Assembly (NCBI GenBank): GCA_041738495.1
Contig: JBGSPR010000011.1
Coordinates: forward strand, 1,495-65,494
From: Patescibacteria group bacterium
GTDB taxonomy: Bacteria; Patescibacteriota; Patescibacteriia; PEXW01
Direction: 5' to 3'
Length of the DNA: 64,000 nt
In this document: positions 55,696-64,000 of the stretch, piece after piece
How the letters are laid out: every line of letters begins with the position of its first letter
Numbering within the stretch: the first letter of the stretch is position 1
Notes under the pieces: model-generated
The model's input: only the letters and a program-made list of their open reading frames with translations
Told to the model about the DNA's origin: nothing
The model's database searches: none
Program-made: the position numbers and the translations under genes

Positions 55696-56579
55696 ACGCG
55701 TGTGAGCAGAGCGTCGAGAATGAATCGTGGTTGCGCGTTTGTCTGCAAGGCTACGCTCGCATCGTGGACTGCTTGGGCGAGGTGCGCGCGTACCTTCCCT
55801 GTGCGGGCAAATGCAGCAACGAGTGCGGCAACAGTTGATCGCTGTACGTCAGCTGAAGATTTCTCCTGCAATTGCTCCCGAGCTTCCCGCAACCGTTGCG
55901 CGAGCGGGAGCGTTACCCAGCGTTGTGCGAGTTCGTCGTACCGCTCTACTTCCTGGAGCGCTGCGGGGTCTTCCAACGTGCCTGCTGCAGAAACGAGCAT
56001 CCCGGGGTACGCGCGCAGGACGCGTTCCACTTCGCTTTCCCCTTTCCCGAGCGAGCCGAGTGCCTTCCGGGCTACTGCGTGCGGCACGCGCTGGAGTTGA
56101 AACTGCATGGTGCGCGAGCGAATGGTAGCGAGGAGTGCGTGCGGTCGCACAGTTGTGAGAATGAACTGCACGTTGTGGAAGGGTTCTTCAATCGTCTTCA
56201 AGAGTGCGTTCGCAGATGCGCCACGGAGTGCCTCAGCAGATTCGATGACCACGACGCGGCGAGGTCCCGTGAGCTGGAGGGCGCGACGGAGTGCTCGTAC
56301 GTCCTCCACTGCGTAGGCGGTGCCACTCGGCCGTAGGTGCAGCAGGTACTCTTGGGTCTCCAGTCGAACGCTGGTGCAAGCTGGGCACTCCTCGCACGGT
56401 TCGTCGGTGTTGCGCGAGCAGACGCGACTCTGTGCTGTCCAGAGCGCAATTGCACGAACTGCCTGCTGGTCTGCGCCGCTGAGTGTTATTGCGTGTCCGA
56501 AAGCCGAGTCGCGAAGGGTCTCCCGAAGGGCGCGAATGAGTGGCTCGTAACCAGTGCGGGCAAGGGGGTGGAGTGGCAT
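55692..56579 (-). CDS. holB: DNA polymerase III delta-prime subunit (clamp-loader HolB)
   Basis: Start MPLHPLARTGYEPL at 56579; AAA+ fold with zinc module CxxC (EPCEECPACTS) and SRC-like motif. Confidence 0.7.
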   Translation of the reverse strand: MPLHPLARTGYEPLIRALRETLRDSAFGHAITLSGADQQAVRAIALWTAQSRVCSRNTDEPCEECPACTSVRLETQEYLLHLRPSGTAYAVEDVRALRRALQLTGPRRVVVIESAEALRGASANALLKTIEEPFHNVQFILTTVRPHALLATIRSRTMQFQLQRVPHAVARKALGSLGKGESEVERVLRAYPGMLVSAAGTLEDPAALQEVERYDELAQRWVTLPLAQRLREAREQLQEKSSADVQRSTVAALVAAFARTGKVRAHLAQAVHDASVALQTNAQPRFILDALLTRV

Positions 56580-56640
56580 GCGGTAACTGGAATGAAAGTA
56601 CAAGAAAATGCCATTTTTGGCAAGTCCGGAACTTCCCTCC

Positions 56641-57849
56641 CTAGAGCGCGTACATGAGCTGCGCGAGGCGTTCTGCGCTGCGCTCCCAGGAGAACATTCG
56701 GGCACGGGCAAGGCCGCGAACGCGCAGCTGCTGCTGGAGCGCTGGATCATCGAGAATGCTCTGCACAGCGTGAGCAATGGCGTCGGGGTTGTGCGGGTCG
56801 GTGAGAATACCAGCATCCCCGACTACTTCTGGAAGTGCGGTGACGTGGCTGCACACGACGGGCGTACCAACTGCCATGGCTTCGAGAACCGGGATGCCGA
56901 AGCCCTCGAAGAACGACGGGAGCACGAAGACTGCGGCACCAGCCATGAGGAATGGGATGTCACGCTCCTCCACCCAGCCAGGCCGAATAACGGATTCGCG
57001 CAGGTCAGCATTCGCGTCGATGTACGACTGTACTTCGGTAGCACCGTACCCGGGTTTCCCAACGAGCAGGAGTTGGAGGGTACGGTACTTTGGTTGCTGG
57101 CGAAGCAGGGCAAACGCACGCACGAGACCAAGGGTATTCTTCTTCCGCTCTACTCGGCCAATGGTCATGAGGTACGGTGAATGAACGCCCACTCGTTCGA
57201 GGGCGTTTCGCATACCACTCGCGTCATCCCGCACCCGCTCGTTGAACGCCTGTGCATTGCACGCGTTTGGAATGACGTGTACGCGGGCCGGTTCGAGTCC
57301 GTACGTCTGGCAGATATCCTGCTTTGAGTACTCGGAAACTGTGAGAATAGACTGGCAGTGGCGGATGGCAAGACGCGCCGAGAACTTATGGTAGTCCAGT
57401 TCGCTCGCTCCGTAGCGACCGAGCGTGCAGAGTCTCACGACCACGTTCAGGACACGTCTACTCACCGGCGTCGGGCCGAGCGCGCTCGCGCCGTAAAGCG
57501 ACCGCTCGTGTTCGAAGCCAATGTCGTGCAACGTCGTGAGCGTTCGGCGAGGAGCCAGGAACGGTATGGTGTGTGCTGGTACGAAGAGGATGTCGACGCG
57601 GTGAATGAGGAGCTCCCAAGATAATCGAAGCTGCGTCCAGAGAAAACCTGGAGGCCATCGGAGTACCCGAACCTGGACGTTCGACGGGAGACTCCCCCAC
57701 TCTGGACGGAGGGGTTCACGAACGTAGAGCCGAACGACATCGGTTGGCCGCAGGTGCGCGAAGAGCGCGCGGGTGAGCGCGAACGCGTACCACTCTGTAC
57801 CAGTGCGCTGCTCGAGGTTCGCTCGAGAAGCATCAATCCCTATGCGCAT
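56641..57849 (-). CDS. GT4-family glycosyltransferase
   Basis: C-terminal EGFGIPVLEAMAVGTPVV motif (E-x7-E) typical of GT-B GT4 enzymes. Confidence 0.8.
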   Translation of the reverse strand: MRIGIDASRANLEQRTGTEWYAFALTRALFAHLRPTDVVRLYVREPLRPEWGSLPSNVQVRVLRWPPGFLWTQLRLSWELLIHRVDILFVPAHTIPFLAPRRTLTTLHDIGFEHERSLYGASALGPTPVSRRVLNVVVRLCTLGRYGASELDYHKFSARLAIRHCQSILTVSEYSKQDICQTYGLEPARVHVIPNACNAQAFNERVRDDASGMRNALERVGVHSPYLMTIGRVERKKNTLGLVRAFALLRQQPKYRTLQLLLVGKPGYGATEVQSYIDANADLRESVIRPGWVEERDIPFLMAGAAVFVLPSFFEGFGIPVLEAMAVGTPVVCSHVTALPEVVGDAGILTDPHNPDAIAHAVQSILDDPALQQQLRVRGLARARMFSWERSAERLAQLMYAL

Positions 57850-57855
57850 ACAGGG

Positions 57856-58869
57856 TCATCGGGTGGCGAGAACGCTTCGCTTGTACGACTCGAGGTTATC
57901 GAGAGCGACACCGGTCCCCTTCGCAACGCAGAGTAGGGCATCGTCTGCAACGTAGGCGGGCACTCCCGTTGTCTGCGTGAAGAGCTTGTCCATGTTTCGG
58001 AGTAAGCTGGAACCGCCAGAGAGCACCATGCCCTTGTCTATGACATCTGCGGAGAGTTCGGGAGGGGTGTTCTGGAGTACGGACTTCACCGCCTGGACAA
58101 TGCCCATGAGTTCATTCTGCACGGCGGTCGTAACATCGTCTGACGTCACCCGGAGCGTCGTGGGTAGTCCGCTCACCATGTCACGACCACGGATATCCAT
58201 GGTGAGCTTCTCATCGAGGGTGAGGGCAGAGCCAATCTGGATCTTCAATTCCTCGGCAGTCCGCTCACCAATGGCCACGCCGTGCTTCTTGCGCATGTAC
58301 TCCTGAATAGCCGCATCGAACTTATTCCCGCCAATGCGCACGGAGGTGTTCGCGACAATACCACCCAGCGAGATGACGGCGACTTCGGACGTTCCACCGC
58401 CCATGTCGATGATCATGTGCCCCGATGCTGAACCAATGGGAATGTTCGCACCAATTGCTGCAGCGATGGGTTCCTTGATGATGTACGCCGCTTTCGCTCC
58501 CGCTTGAATGGTGGCATCGATGACCGCTCGTCGCTCGGTTGAGGTAATGCCAGCGGGAACAGCAATCATAACCTCGGGTCGGAAGAACCGCACGCCACCG
58601 AGTGCTTTGTTGATGAAATACCGGAGCATGGCTTCAGTAGTTTTGTAATCGGCAATGACGCCCTCCTTGAGGGGTCGGGAGGCAATGATCGTATCTGGGG
58701 TGCGACCGAGCATTTCCTTTGCCTCAACGCCAACCGCAAGAATTCGCCGATCACCCACGGACACGGCAACTACGGACGGCTCGTTGAGCACAATCCCACG
58801 CCCAGGCATGTGCACGAGCGTGTTCGTGGTGCCTAAGTCAATGCCGAGTTTTTTCCCAAAGAGTGCCAT
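57856..58869 (-). CDS. Second MreB-family actin homolog (MreB/Mbl paralog)
   Basis: LGIDLGTTNTLVHMPGRGIVLNEPSVVAV; full-length 337 aa; distinct from mreB at 50683..51747. Confidence 0.85.
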   Translation of the reverse strand: MALFGKKLGIDLGTTNTLVHMPGRGIVLNEPSVVAVSVGDRRILAVGVEAKEMLGRTPDTIIASRPLKEGVIADYKTTEAMLRYFINKALGGVRFFRPEVMIAVPAGITSTERRAVIDATIQAGAKAAYIIKEPIAAAIGANIPIGSASGHMIIDMGGGTSEVAVISLGGIVANTSVRIGGNKFDAAIQEYMRKKHGVAIGERTAEELKIQIGSALTLDEKLTMDIRGRDMVSGLPTTLRVTSDDVTTAVQNELMGIVQAVKSVLQNTPPELSADVIDKGMVLSGGSSLLRNMDKLFTQTTGVPAYVADDALLCVAKGTGVALDNLESYKRSVLATR

Positions 58870-58870
58870 G

Positions 58871-60820
58871 CTAGTCCAGGGTTAGGTCGTACTCCCGATC
58901 AACGAGGAGCGTCGTTGCGTCCTGCAGGCGAGTGCCCGTGGCAGCAGCGGTTTCGGGTAAGACCAGAGTATCCTGTATTTCCCTGTCCAGGTCAACGTCG
59001 ACGTTCAGGGTGTGGGCAATAGTTCCTGGCTGCTTCTGAACCAGGAGCTTGTACTTCCCCTGGTCGAGGAGTGCGAGTGGACTCCCATTTAGTCGGTACG
59101 TGAGGCTGAGCTCCTTCGTTGCGCCAACTTCTGTGCAGGTAAACGCCGCGAAAACGGTGTGCCCGAGTTCCTCGGAGGTTTGCACCGTTCCCTCTTTCTT
59201 CACGTTGCACTCGGTCATTGCACCGCTCGACGCGACGAGCGTGCTGCCGCGCGGGACGTACACGCGCGTGTAGGTTCGGTAGCGCGTTGTCTTCCAGGTG
59301 AGCTCACCAGTATGCTCGTACCGAATGTTCAGCGTCGCGAGTACGTCATCGCCTTCCCGTCGCACGCGGTAGTTGAGCGTGCGCTTCACTGCCGGATCAC
59401 TCTTCAAGCTAGCGAGGTTCGCGTCAACGACCATGAGGCTGTCCCCTTGGGGGAGGACCACGTTCCCCGCCCACCCAAGTGAGCGCGCAATTTCCTGTCG
59501 CTCCGCGTTCGCCACCCAAATGAGCAAGTGCTTCTCCTGCAAGCTCTCTTGGAAGATCGTCCAGGCTTTTCCGTACTTCTCCTTCGGGAGGTTGAGCATG
59601 CGGGCGATGAGCTCTTGTCCGAGCGTGCCGATGATATTCTTCCGCTGTGACGTGTCGATGTTAATTTTCCCCTCGTACGCGTACCCAGTAATGTACTGGA
59701 GCTCTTCAACGAGGTTGTCTGTTCGAAATTCGGTCTTCCCCACGGTGATAGGGCCCGTGAGGGTGAGCAGGCGTTCGAAGAAGGTAGGATCCACAGCAAT
59801 GACGCCATCGAGCTTCCGTTCTGGACCACCCTCGCGCCGGTAGAAGCTGAGCGCTTCTTGCGCGGCAGTTGGAAAATCGGGTGACCAGTTAGAATCACGG
59901 AACAGCCAGCGATTCACCCGCATGTACGTGGTGAGGGGGGTTGGGGGTTTCACGTTCAGGTACTTCGCCTGGTCATCCAAGTTGTAGACGTTGTCCGTGG
60001 TGAACGAGAGAATTTCCCCGTCACGCGCCTTGAGAATGCCGTACGTGCCAATGAACCCGCCGGTTGGCCGAAGCTCGGTATTGTTCTGCAGGAGGAAGAG
60101 GTAGTTCTGCTGGTCGGGGTAGCCGAGGATGGGAGGGACGATGCGACTCGCTGGAATTGCTTGCTCAATGCCGTCGCGCAGCGCGGGGAGTTTCTCGCGG
60201 AACGGTTCTACTGCTTCCGCAACCGGGCCGAGCAAGCCGCTCGTCGGCATGGCCTCCACGTGGGTGAGTGCGAGGTCGAGCGATGACTTCGCTGCCTGCA
60301 GGTCAGGTTGCGCTTGGTAAATGGCTTCGAGAATCGCGCGCTTCTGCTCTGGTTTGAGCGTGCTCAAACTAAAGGACTTTCCGGTTTTGAATGGCTTCAC
60401 CACTGTTTCCGCCCAAGTGCTCAACCGTTCCACACCCGACGTCATTGCCAGACTCGCAGCAATGAGCTGGTCTATGGCGCGCACGTTCGGTCCGGCAATG
60501 GGTACGCGCCGAAGTGCGAGCAAGCGCCCCATTTTCTCCTGGGCTACCAGCAAGTGTGCGCGTCCAGAGGTGAGCGCAGCTTGACCTTCGGTAAACTCCT
60601 GACTCACGATCATGGTCTGCGCCACTTCCAAGTCTGCTTTTGCGGCGAGCGCCTCCTTGTACACCGTTCTCGCAGCCGGGCCGAACCACGCCGCAGCCAA
60701 ACCCACAATGACGACGAGGCCAGTGAGAATCGGCCAGGCCACGCGCCATGCTCTGCGGAGGTGCTGGCGCGTTCGCGCCCACGATGGATTACGGAAACGG
60801 TCGAGGAGGTTGCGGAACAT
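58871..60820 (-). CDS. DUF4012-domain membrane-anchored protein
   Basis: N-terminal TM, then conserved NNTELRPTGGFIGTYG motif characteristic of DUF4012. Confidence 0.65.
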   Translation of the reverse strand: MFRNLLDRFRNPSWARTRQHLRRAWRVAWPILTGLVVIVGLAAAWFGPAARTVYKEALAAKADLEVAQTMIVSQEFTEGQAALTSGRAHLLVAQEKMGRLLALRRVPIAGPNVRAIDQLIAASLAMTSGVERLSTWAETVVKPFKTGKSFSLSTLKPEQKRAILEAIYQAQPDLQAAKSSLDLALTHVEAMPTSGLLGPVAEAVEPFREKLPALRDGIEQAIPASRIVPPILGYPDQQNYLFLLQNNTELRPTGGFIGTYGILKARDGEILSFTTDNVYNLDDQAKYLNVKPPTPLTTYMRVNRWLFRDSNWSPDFPTAAQEALSFYRREGGPERKLDGVIAVDPTFFERLLTLTGPITVGKTEFRTDNLVEELQYITGYAYEGKINIDTSQRKNIIGTLGQELIARMLNLPKEKYGKAWTIFQESLQEKHLLIWVANAERQEIARSLGWAGNVVLPQGDSLMVVDANLASLKSDPAVKRTLNYRVRREGDDVLATLNIRYEHTGELTWKTTRYRTYTRVYVPRGSTLVASSGAMTECNVKKEGTVQTSEELGHTVFAAFTCTEVGATKELSLTYRLNGSPLALLDQGKYKLLVQKQPGTIAHTLNVDVDLDREIQDTLVLPETAAATGTRLQDATTLLVDREYDLTLD

Positions 60821-60829
60821 AGGGTGGTG

Positions 60830-61660
60830 CTAGAGAGAGGAACGGCTGGGCGGGAGGGGGCGTGGCACGCCCCAGTACTTAGCCACGTAGCGCGCCCAGG
60901 ATTGAATGTGAATTTGCGTGGGGAAGGCAAAGAGCCCACGGAGCCCCGGGTGGGCTGCTGACTCACGCTTGTGGTAGTGCACGCACTCAACATCTGCAAC
61001 GTACCACACTTCCCAGGATTTCTCCCAGAAGCGCCTGCACCAATCGACGTCTTCGAAGTAGAGGAAGAAACGCTCGTCCATGTGGCCCACCTGTTCGACT
61101 GCAGTTCTCCGGGCAATGAGGAACGCGCCGAGCAGCCAGTCTACCGGACGATTCTCCTCGTGGTTGAAATCCGCCATGACGTACCGACGGAGGTGTGATC
61201 GAATTCCGGGAATTTTACCGAGCGGCGTTCGCCGGTAGAGTGGGGTGAGCACGTGCGGGAACTGGTAGCAGGAATCTTGCACGGAACCGTCTGGATTCAA
61301 AAGCTTCGGCCCGGCCAGGCCGACGCGCGGGTGCTGGTCCATGAATGCGACGAGACGGTCGAAAGGTTTCTCCATAATGGCAATGTCTGGGTTCAGGAGC
61401 ACGACGTAGGTGCCGCGTGCTCGGCGCAAGCCCAAGTTCATGCCGCTTGCAAATCCCCTATTCTCTGGCGCCGCGATGACGGTGACGGTAGGAAAATCTT
61501 GCTCCAGCATTTCCACGCTCCCATCCCCAGAGTTGTTATCGACGACGATAATTTCCTTTGCAACAGAATCGCCAGACGCATCAATACCCCGCAGGCACTG
61601 CCGGAGCAGTCCGCGCGATTTGTAGTTCAGGATGATGACCGAAATGTCGATTTCTGCCAT
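60830..61660 (-). CDS. GT2-family glycosyltransferase
   Basis: Start MAEIDISVIILNYKS at 61660; DxD (VVDNNSGDGS ... LLNPD); GT-A fold motifs. Confidence 0.8.
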   Translation of the reverse strand: MAEIDISVIILNYKSRGLLRQCLRGIDASGDSVAKEIIVVDNNSGDGSVEMLEQDFPTVTVIAAPENRGFASGMNLGLRRARGTYVVLLNPDIAIMEKPFDRLVAFMDQHPRVGLAGPKLLNPDGSVQDSCYQFPHVLTPLYRRTPLGKIPGIRSHLRRYVMADFNHEENRPVDWLLGAFLIARRTAVEQVGHMDERFFLYFEDVDWCRRFWEKSWEVWYVADVECVHYHKRESAAHPGLRGLFAFPTQIHIQSWARYVAKYWGVPRPLPPSRSSL

Positions 61661-61664
61661 GGCG

Positions 61665-62588
61665 TTACGCAAACGAAGATCGAAGCGCAGCCGATGAATT
61701 TTTCCGCTGCGTGGAACGTGCAAACGTTCTTGCAGCGTGCCACATTTTTCGCGCATCAGCAAGGGCACGGAACGTCGTTCGAGGATCGGTGCACGTAAGG
61801 AAGCCGAAGCGGAGGAGCTCTGCGAGTGCAATGAACGGCAAGTGGGGCACGAGCGTGCCAGAGGATTCGACCAGGCCATACAGGAGGAGGTGGTTGCGGT
61901 AGCTCAAGTACCGTCGATCACGAGCACGCTGATTCCGCGGGGTTCCTGCGCGGACTGCGCGTTGGTGCGTAGCCACCGCATCAGGCACGCAGTACGCACG
62001 CCATCCTGCCCAGCGAAGACGCCAGGCGAGCTCGACGTCTTCTTTGTACGCGAAGAGGAGGTTGCAGAAGAACTCGCCGTTCACGGCGACGTCGCGCAGC
62101 GCAGATCGACGGTAGAGTGCGAGAGCGCCGGAAACACCGAACACTTCAGTTGGAGAAGGTGGGAGGTCGGTGCGATCTGCAACGACGCGCCAAGGGGTGA
62201 CGCGCAGACCCGTTGTATCAGTGGAGCCATTCGGCTGACGGACGTGCCCGACGAACGCGGCGCCCGCTGGGTGCGCATCGGCAAAAGCGACCAGAATCTT
62301 GAGGTAGTCTGGCGTGAGCACGACATCGGGATTCATAACTAAAATGTAGTCAGCACTCCCCTGCCGAATACTGTGGTTATGCGCGCCTGCAAATCCCTGA
62401 TTTTCGTGCAGGCGGAGCACATCGGTACCCGCGAACGCTGCTGCGATTTCAGCTGAGCCGTCTGTGGAGCCATTGTCCACGACAGTAACCGACTGCGGAT
62501 GCAACGTCTGGGAAGCAAGACTCTGCAGCGCGCTCCTCACGTGCGCAGCGCTATTCCAGCTCACGAGGGAAACGTCAACGGTGCTCAT
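61665..62588 (-). CDS. GT2-family glycosyltransferase
   Basis: VDVSLVSWNSAAHV...TVVDNGSTDGS...VMNPDV pattern of GT2. Confidence 0.75.
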   Translation of the reverse strand: MSTVDVSLVSWNSAAHVRSALQSLASQTLHPQSVTVVDNGSTDGSAEIAAAFAGTDVLRLHENQGFAGAHNHSIRQGSADYILVMNPDVVLTPDYLKILVAFADAHPAGAAFVGHVRQPNGSTDTTGLRVTPWRVVADRTDLPPSPTEVFGVSGALALYRRSALRDVAVNGEFFCNLLFAYKEDVELAWRLRWAGWRAYCVPDAVATHQRAVRAGTPRNQRARDRRYLSYRNHLLLYGLVESSGTLVPHLPFIALAELLRFGFLTCTDPRTTFRALADARKMWHAARTFARSTQRKNSSAALRSSFA

Positions 62589-64000
62589 GTCGAGGGTCTG
62601 CGAGAGCGAATGCAGTTGTCACGAGCATGAGCATGCCAAGTCCGAGGGGGTGGTTGAGGTACGGTGTGGTGAGGTGTAAAACGAAAAGCGCGAGCGCGCT
62701 CGCCCACAAGCCAGCAACGAGCGGACGTTCGGTCGTGCGGAGTCGCAGGATAGTTACGCCCTGCCACAGTACCCAGGCGAACGCTGCGAGCAGAGCGAGT
62801 GCCAGCGGCACGCCGCCGTGCACGGCAAACCCGTGGTAGCCGAGCTCGAAGGCCTGCGCCGTGTACGGCGTACCGCGCGGGTCACGCGTGACATTCACCC
62901 GCGGGTCGAGGGAGCGGTAGGTAATGCTCGTCCCAAAGCCGCTGCCGGTGAGCGCGTGCTGGAGAATAGCGGTATGCATGGCGGGCAAGAGCTCACGCCG
63001 GCTCGATGCTGCAGACTCGGTACTCACCTCGGTTCGATTGCGCACCAACGATCCGCCGCTCCCGGCGCCACCCCAGAGCGCGGGGAAGTTGAGCGTCCAC
63101 AGGAATCCTACGTACGCAATGAGCAGCGCGGCACTGGCGGACAGGGCAACGGGAGCAAAGCAGCTGCGGAGTGAGCGCCGGCCGAGTAACCCGAGTACAC
63201 CCACGACTGCGGCGAATCCTGCACCAAGCCAGAAACTTCGGGATAAGCTCACGACGACCACGTACGCTCCTGCACCAGCAACACCCGTCCACAGCCAGCG
63301 ACGTTGCACGTTAGCGAGTGCGAGACCAATGCCTGCGAAGAACGCGTAAATCCCCCACACGTGACTCTGGAAGAAGACGCGGTAGAGGTGGCCGGTGATG
63401 TACGTCACCTCACCAACGCCGGTATCGCGCACCCATTTGTACAGGGACACGAGCTCTGTGGATGGCAGGTGCGTGAAGAGTCCTTGAACCAGCGCAGTTT
63501 TGAGCGCCAGGACGAACACTGCTGCTGCGCTCACCCACAGTACGCTCCGGAGCGCGTGCCGCGTGCGTACGAGGCCGAACGCCGGAACGAGACCAAGGAA
63601 GAGGTAGGCATTTGCATCGTTGAACACCGCACCAAGTCCGTGACCGCGCAGCACGCCTACGACAGCGGCCCACACAGCGAAACCGAGCAGGAGCAGCCAT
63701 ACCCAGCGGAAGCGCCACTGCGAGCCCCAGAAGTTTTTTCCGCGGATGAGGTGAGGAAGAGAACCCGCAACGACTGCGAGGAATATGCCCAGCCGAAAGG
63801 AAATATCAGAGCTCCCCTCCGGCAAACTGAAGAGGTATCCCTTGCCGCCGAGGATGAGCTCGGCAACGACGATTGCCACACCCGCAGGAGGTGAGACGAG
63901 CGTGACGGCGAATGCTAGGAAGACCAGCGCGAGCCAGAAGAGCACCCCGAGGGTTGGCCACTGCCACCCAAGGAAGGATGCTCCCTCGACGAGCGCGAGC
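62575..64000 (-). CDS. Wzy_C / O-antigen ligase-like polytopic membrane protein (partial; frame stays open to the window edge)
   Basis: Polytopic protein with a large loop rich in Gly, typical of WaaL/Wzy/PglL-family proteins. No stop between the reported GTG start (63945) and position 64000 in frame, so the true start is probably outside the window. Confidence 0.55.
   Translation of the reverse strand, partial: LALVEGASFLGWQWPTLGVLFWLALVFLAFAVTLVSPPAGVAIVVAELILGGKGYLFSLPEGSSDISFRLGIFLAVVAGSLPHLIRGKNFWGSQWRFRWVWLLLLGFAVWAAVVGVLRGHGLGAVFNDANAYLFLGLVPAFGLVRTRHALRSVLWVSAAAVFVLALKTALVQGLFTHLPSTELVSLYKWVRDTGVGEVTYITGHLYRVFFQSHVWGIYAFFAGIGLALANVQRRWLWTGVAGAGAYVVVVSLSRSFWLGAGFAAVVGVLGLLGRRSLRSCFAPVALSASAALLIAYVGFLWTLNFPALWGGAGSGGSLVRNRTEVSTESAASSRRELLPAMHTAILQHALTGSGFGTSITYRSLDPRVNVTRDPRGTPYTAQAFELGYHGFAVHGGVPLALALLAAFAWVLWQGVTILRLRTTERPLVAGLWASALALFVLHLTTPYLNHPLGLGMLMLVTTAFALADPRHEHR

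Noticed and set aside
1-64000. rRNA, tRNA, tmRNA, transposase, integrase, CRISPR
   Set aside because: No rRNA-like conserved stretches, cloverleaf-compatible segments in the few spacers, IS-type inverted repeats or cas-like ORFs were seen. All sizeable spacers are accounted for by promoters or short coupling regions.

Overview
This is a GC-rich (about 60% by eye), very gene-dense bacterial chromosomal segment. Genes are tightly packed and many neighbours share ATGA or GTGA start/stop overlaps. Almost everything is cell-envelope and housekeeping biology.

Layout:
- 1-5 kb, minus strand: a type IV pilus assembly operon (pilM partial, pilC, pilB) followed by a GT39 (Pmt/ArnT-like) glycosyltransferase.
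- 5.2-14 kb, plus strand: a truncated division/cell-wall (dcw) cluster, mraY then a single ORF fusing PgeF (YfiH) to MurD, then ftsW, murG, murC, a convergent membrane-anchored hypothetical, and murB.
- 14-21 kb, plus strand: hpf, secA, an FG-GAP L,D-transpeptidase, a SecD whose periplasmic head carries a parvulin PPIase-like domain, and secF.
- 21-25.5 kb: a three-gene accessory module preceded by a near-consensus promoter. It encodes a sigma-70 region-4 HTH protein, a TM protein and a VirD4/TraD-like coupling ATPase.
- 25.5-31.5 kb: a BtuF-like binding protein, a glycosylation trio (a Dpm1/GtrB-like GT2 followed by a flippase-like domain fused to DUF2079), mnmA, and an Fn3 surface protein with an Asn/Thr-repeat stalk.
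- 31.5-41 kb: a cyclophilin, fmt, def, a PriA-like gene with no detectable Walker A in translation, a LigB-like gene, a secreted lysozyme-like repeat protein, wecB-like, gltX, and an M23 peptidase.
- 41-64 kb, all minus strand: an unbroken unidirectional superoperon. It runs alr-ftsQ-ydjM-like, serS-HD-lysS-greA, mrdA-mreD-mreC-mreB, proS, rseP, frr, a BNR lipoprotein, holB, a GT4, a second MreB paralog, DUF4012, two GT2 genes and a partial Wzy_C/O-antigen-ligase-like gene.

No rRNA, tRNA, CRISPR or transposase genes were recognised. Several near-consensus extended -10 promoters sit directly before start codons, consistent with leaderless transcripts. Gene content (DUF4012, sigma-r4 HTH protein, orphan T4CP, superoperons) is reminiscent of Patescibacteria/CPR or other reduced-genome lineages, but that placement is tentative.

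Candidates for novel biology are the SecD-parvulin chimera, the PgeF-MurD fusion, the orphan HTH/TM/T4CP-like module, and the glycosylation machinery sitting next to an N-x-T-rich surface protein.
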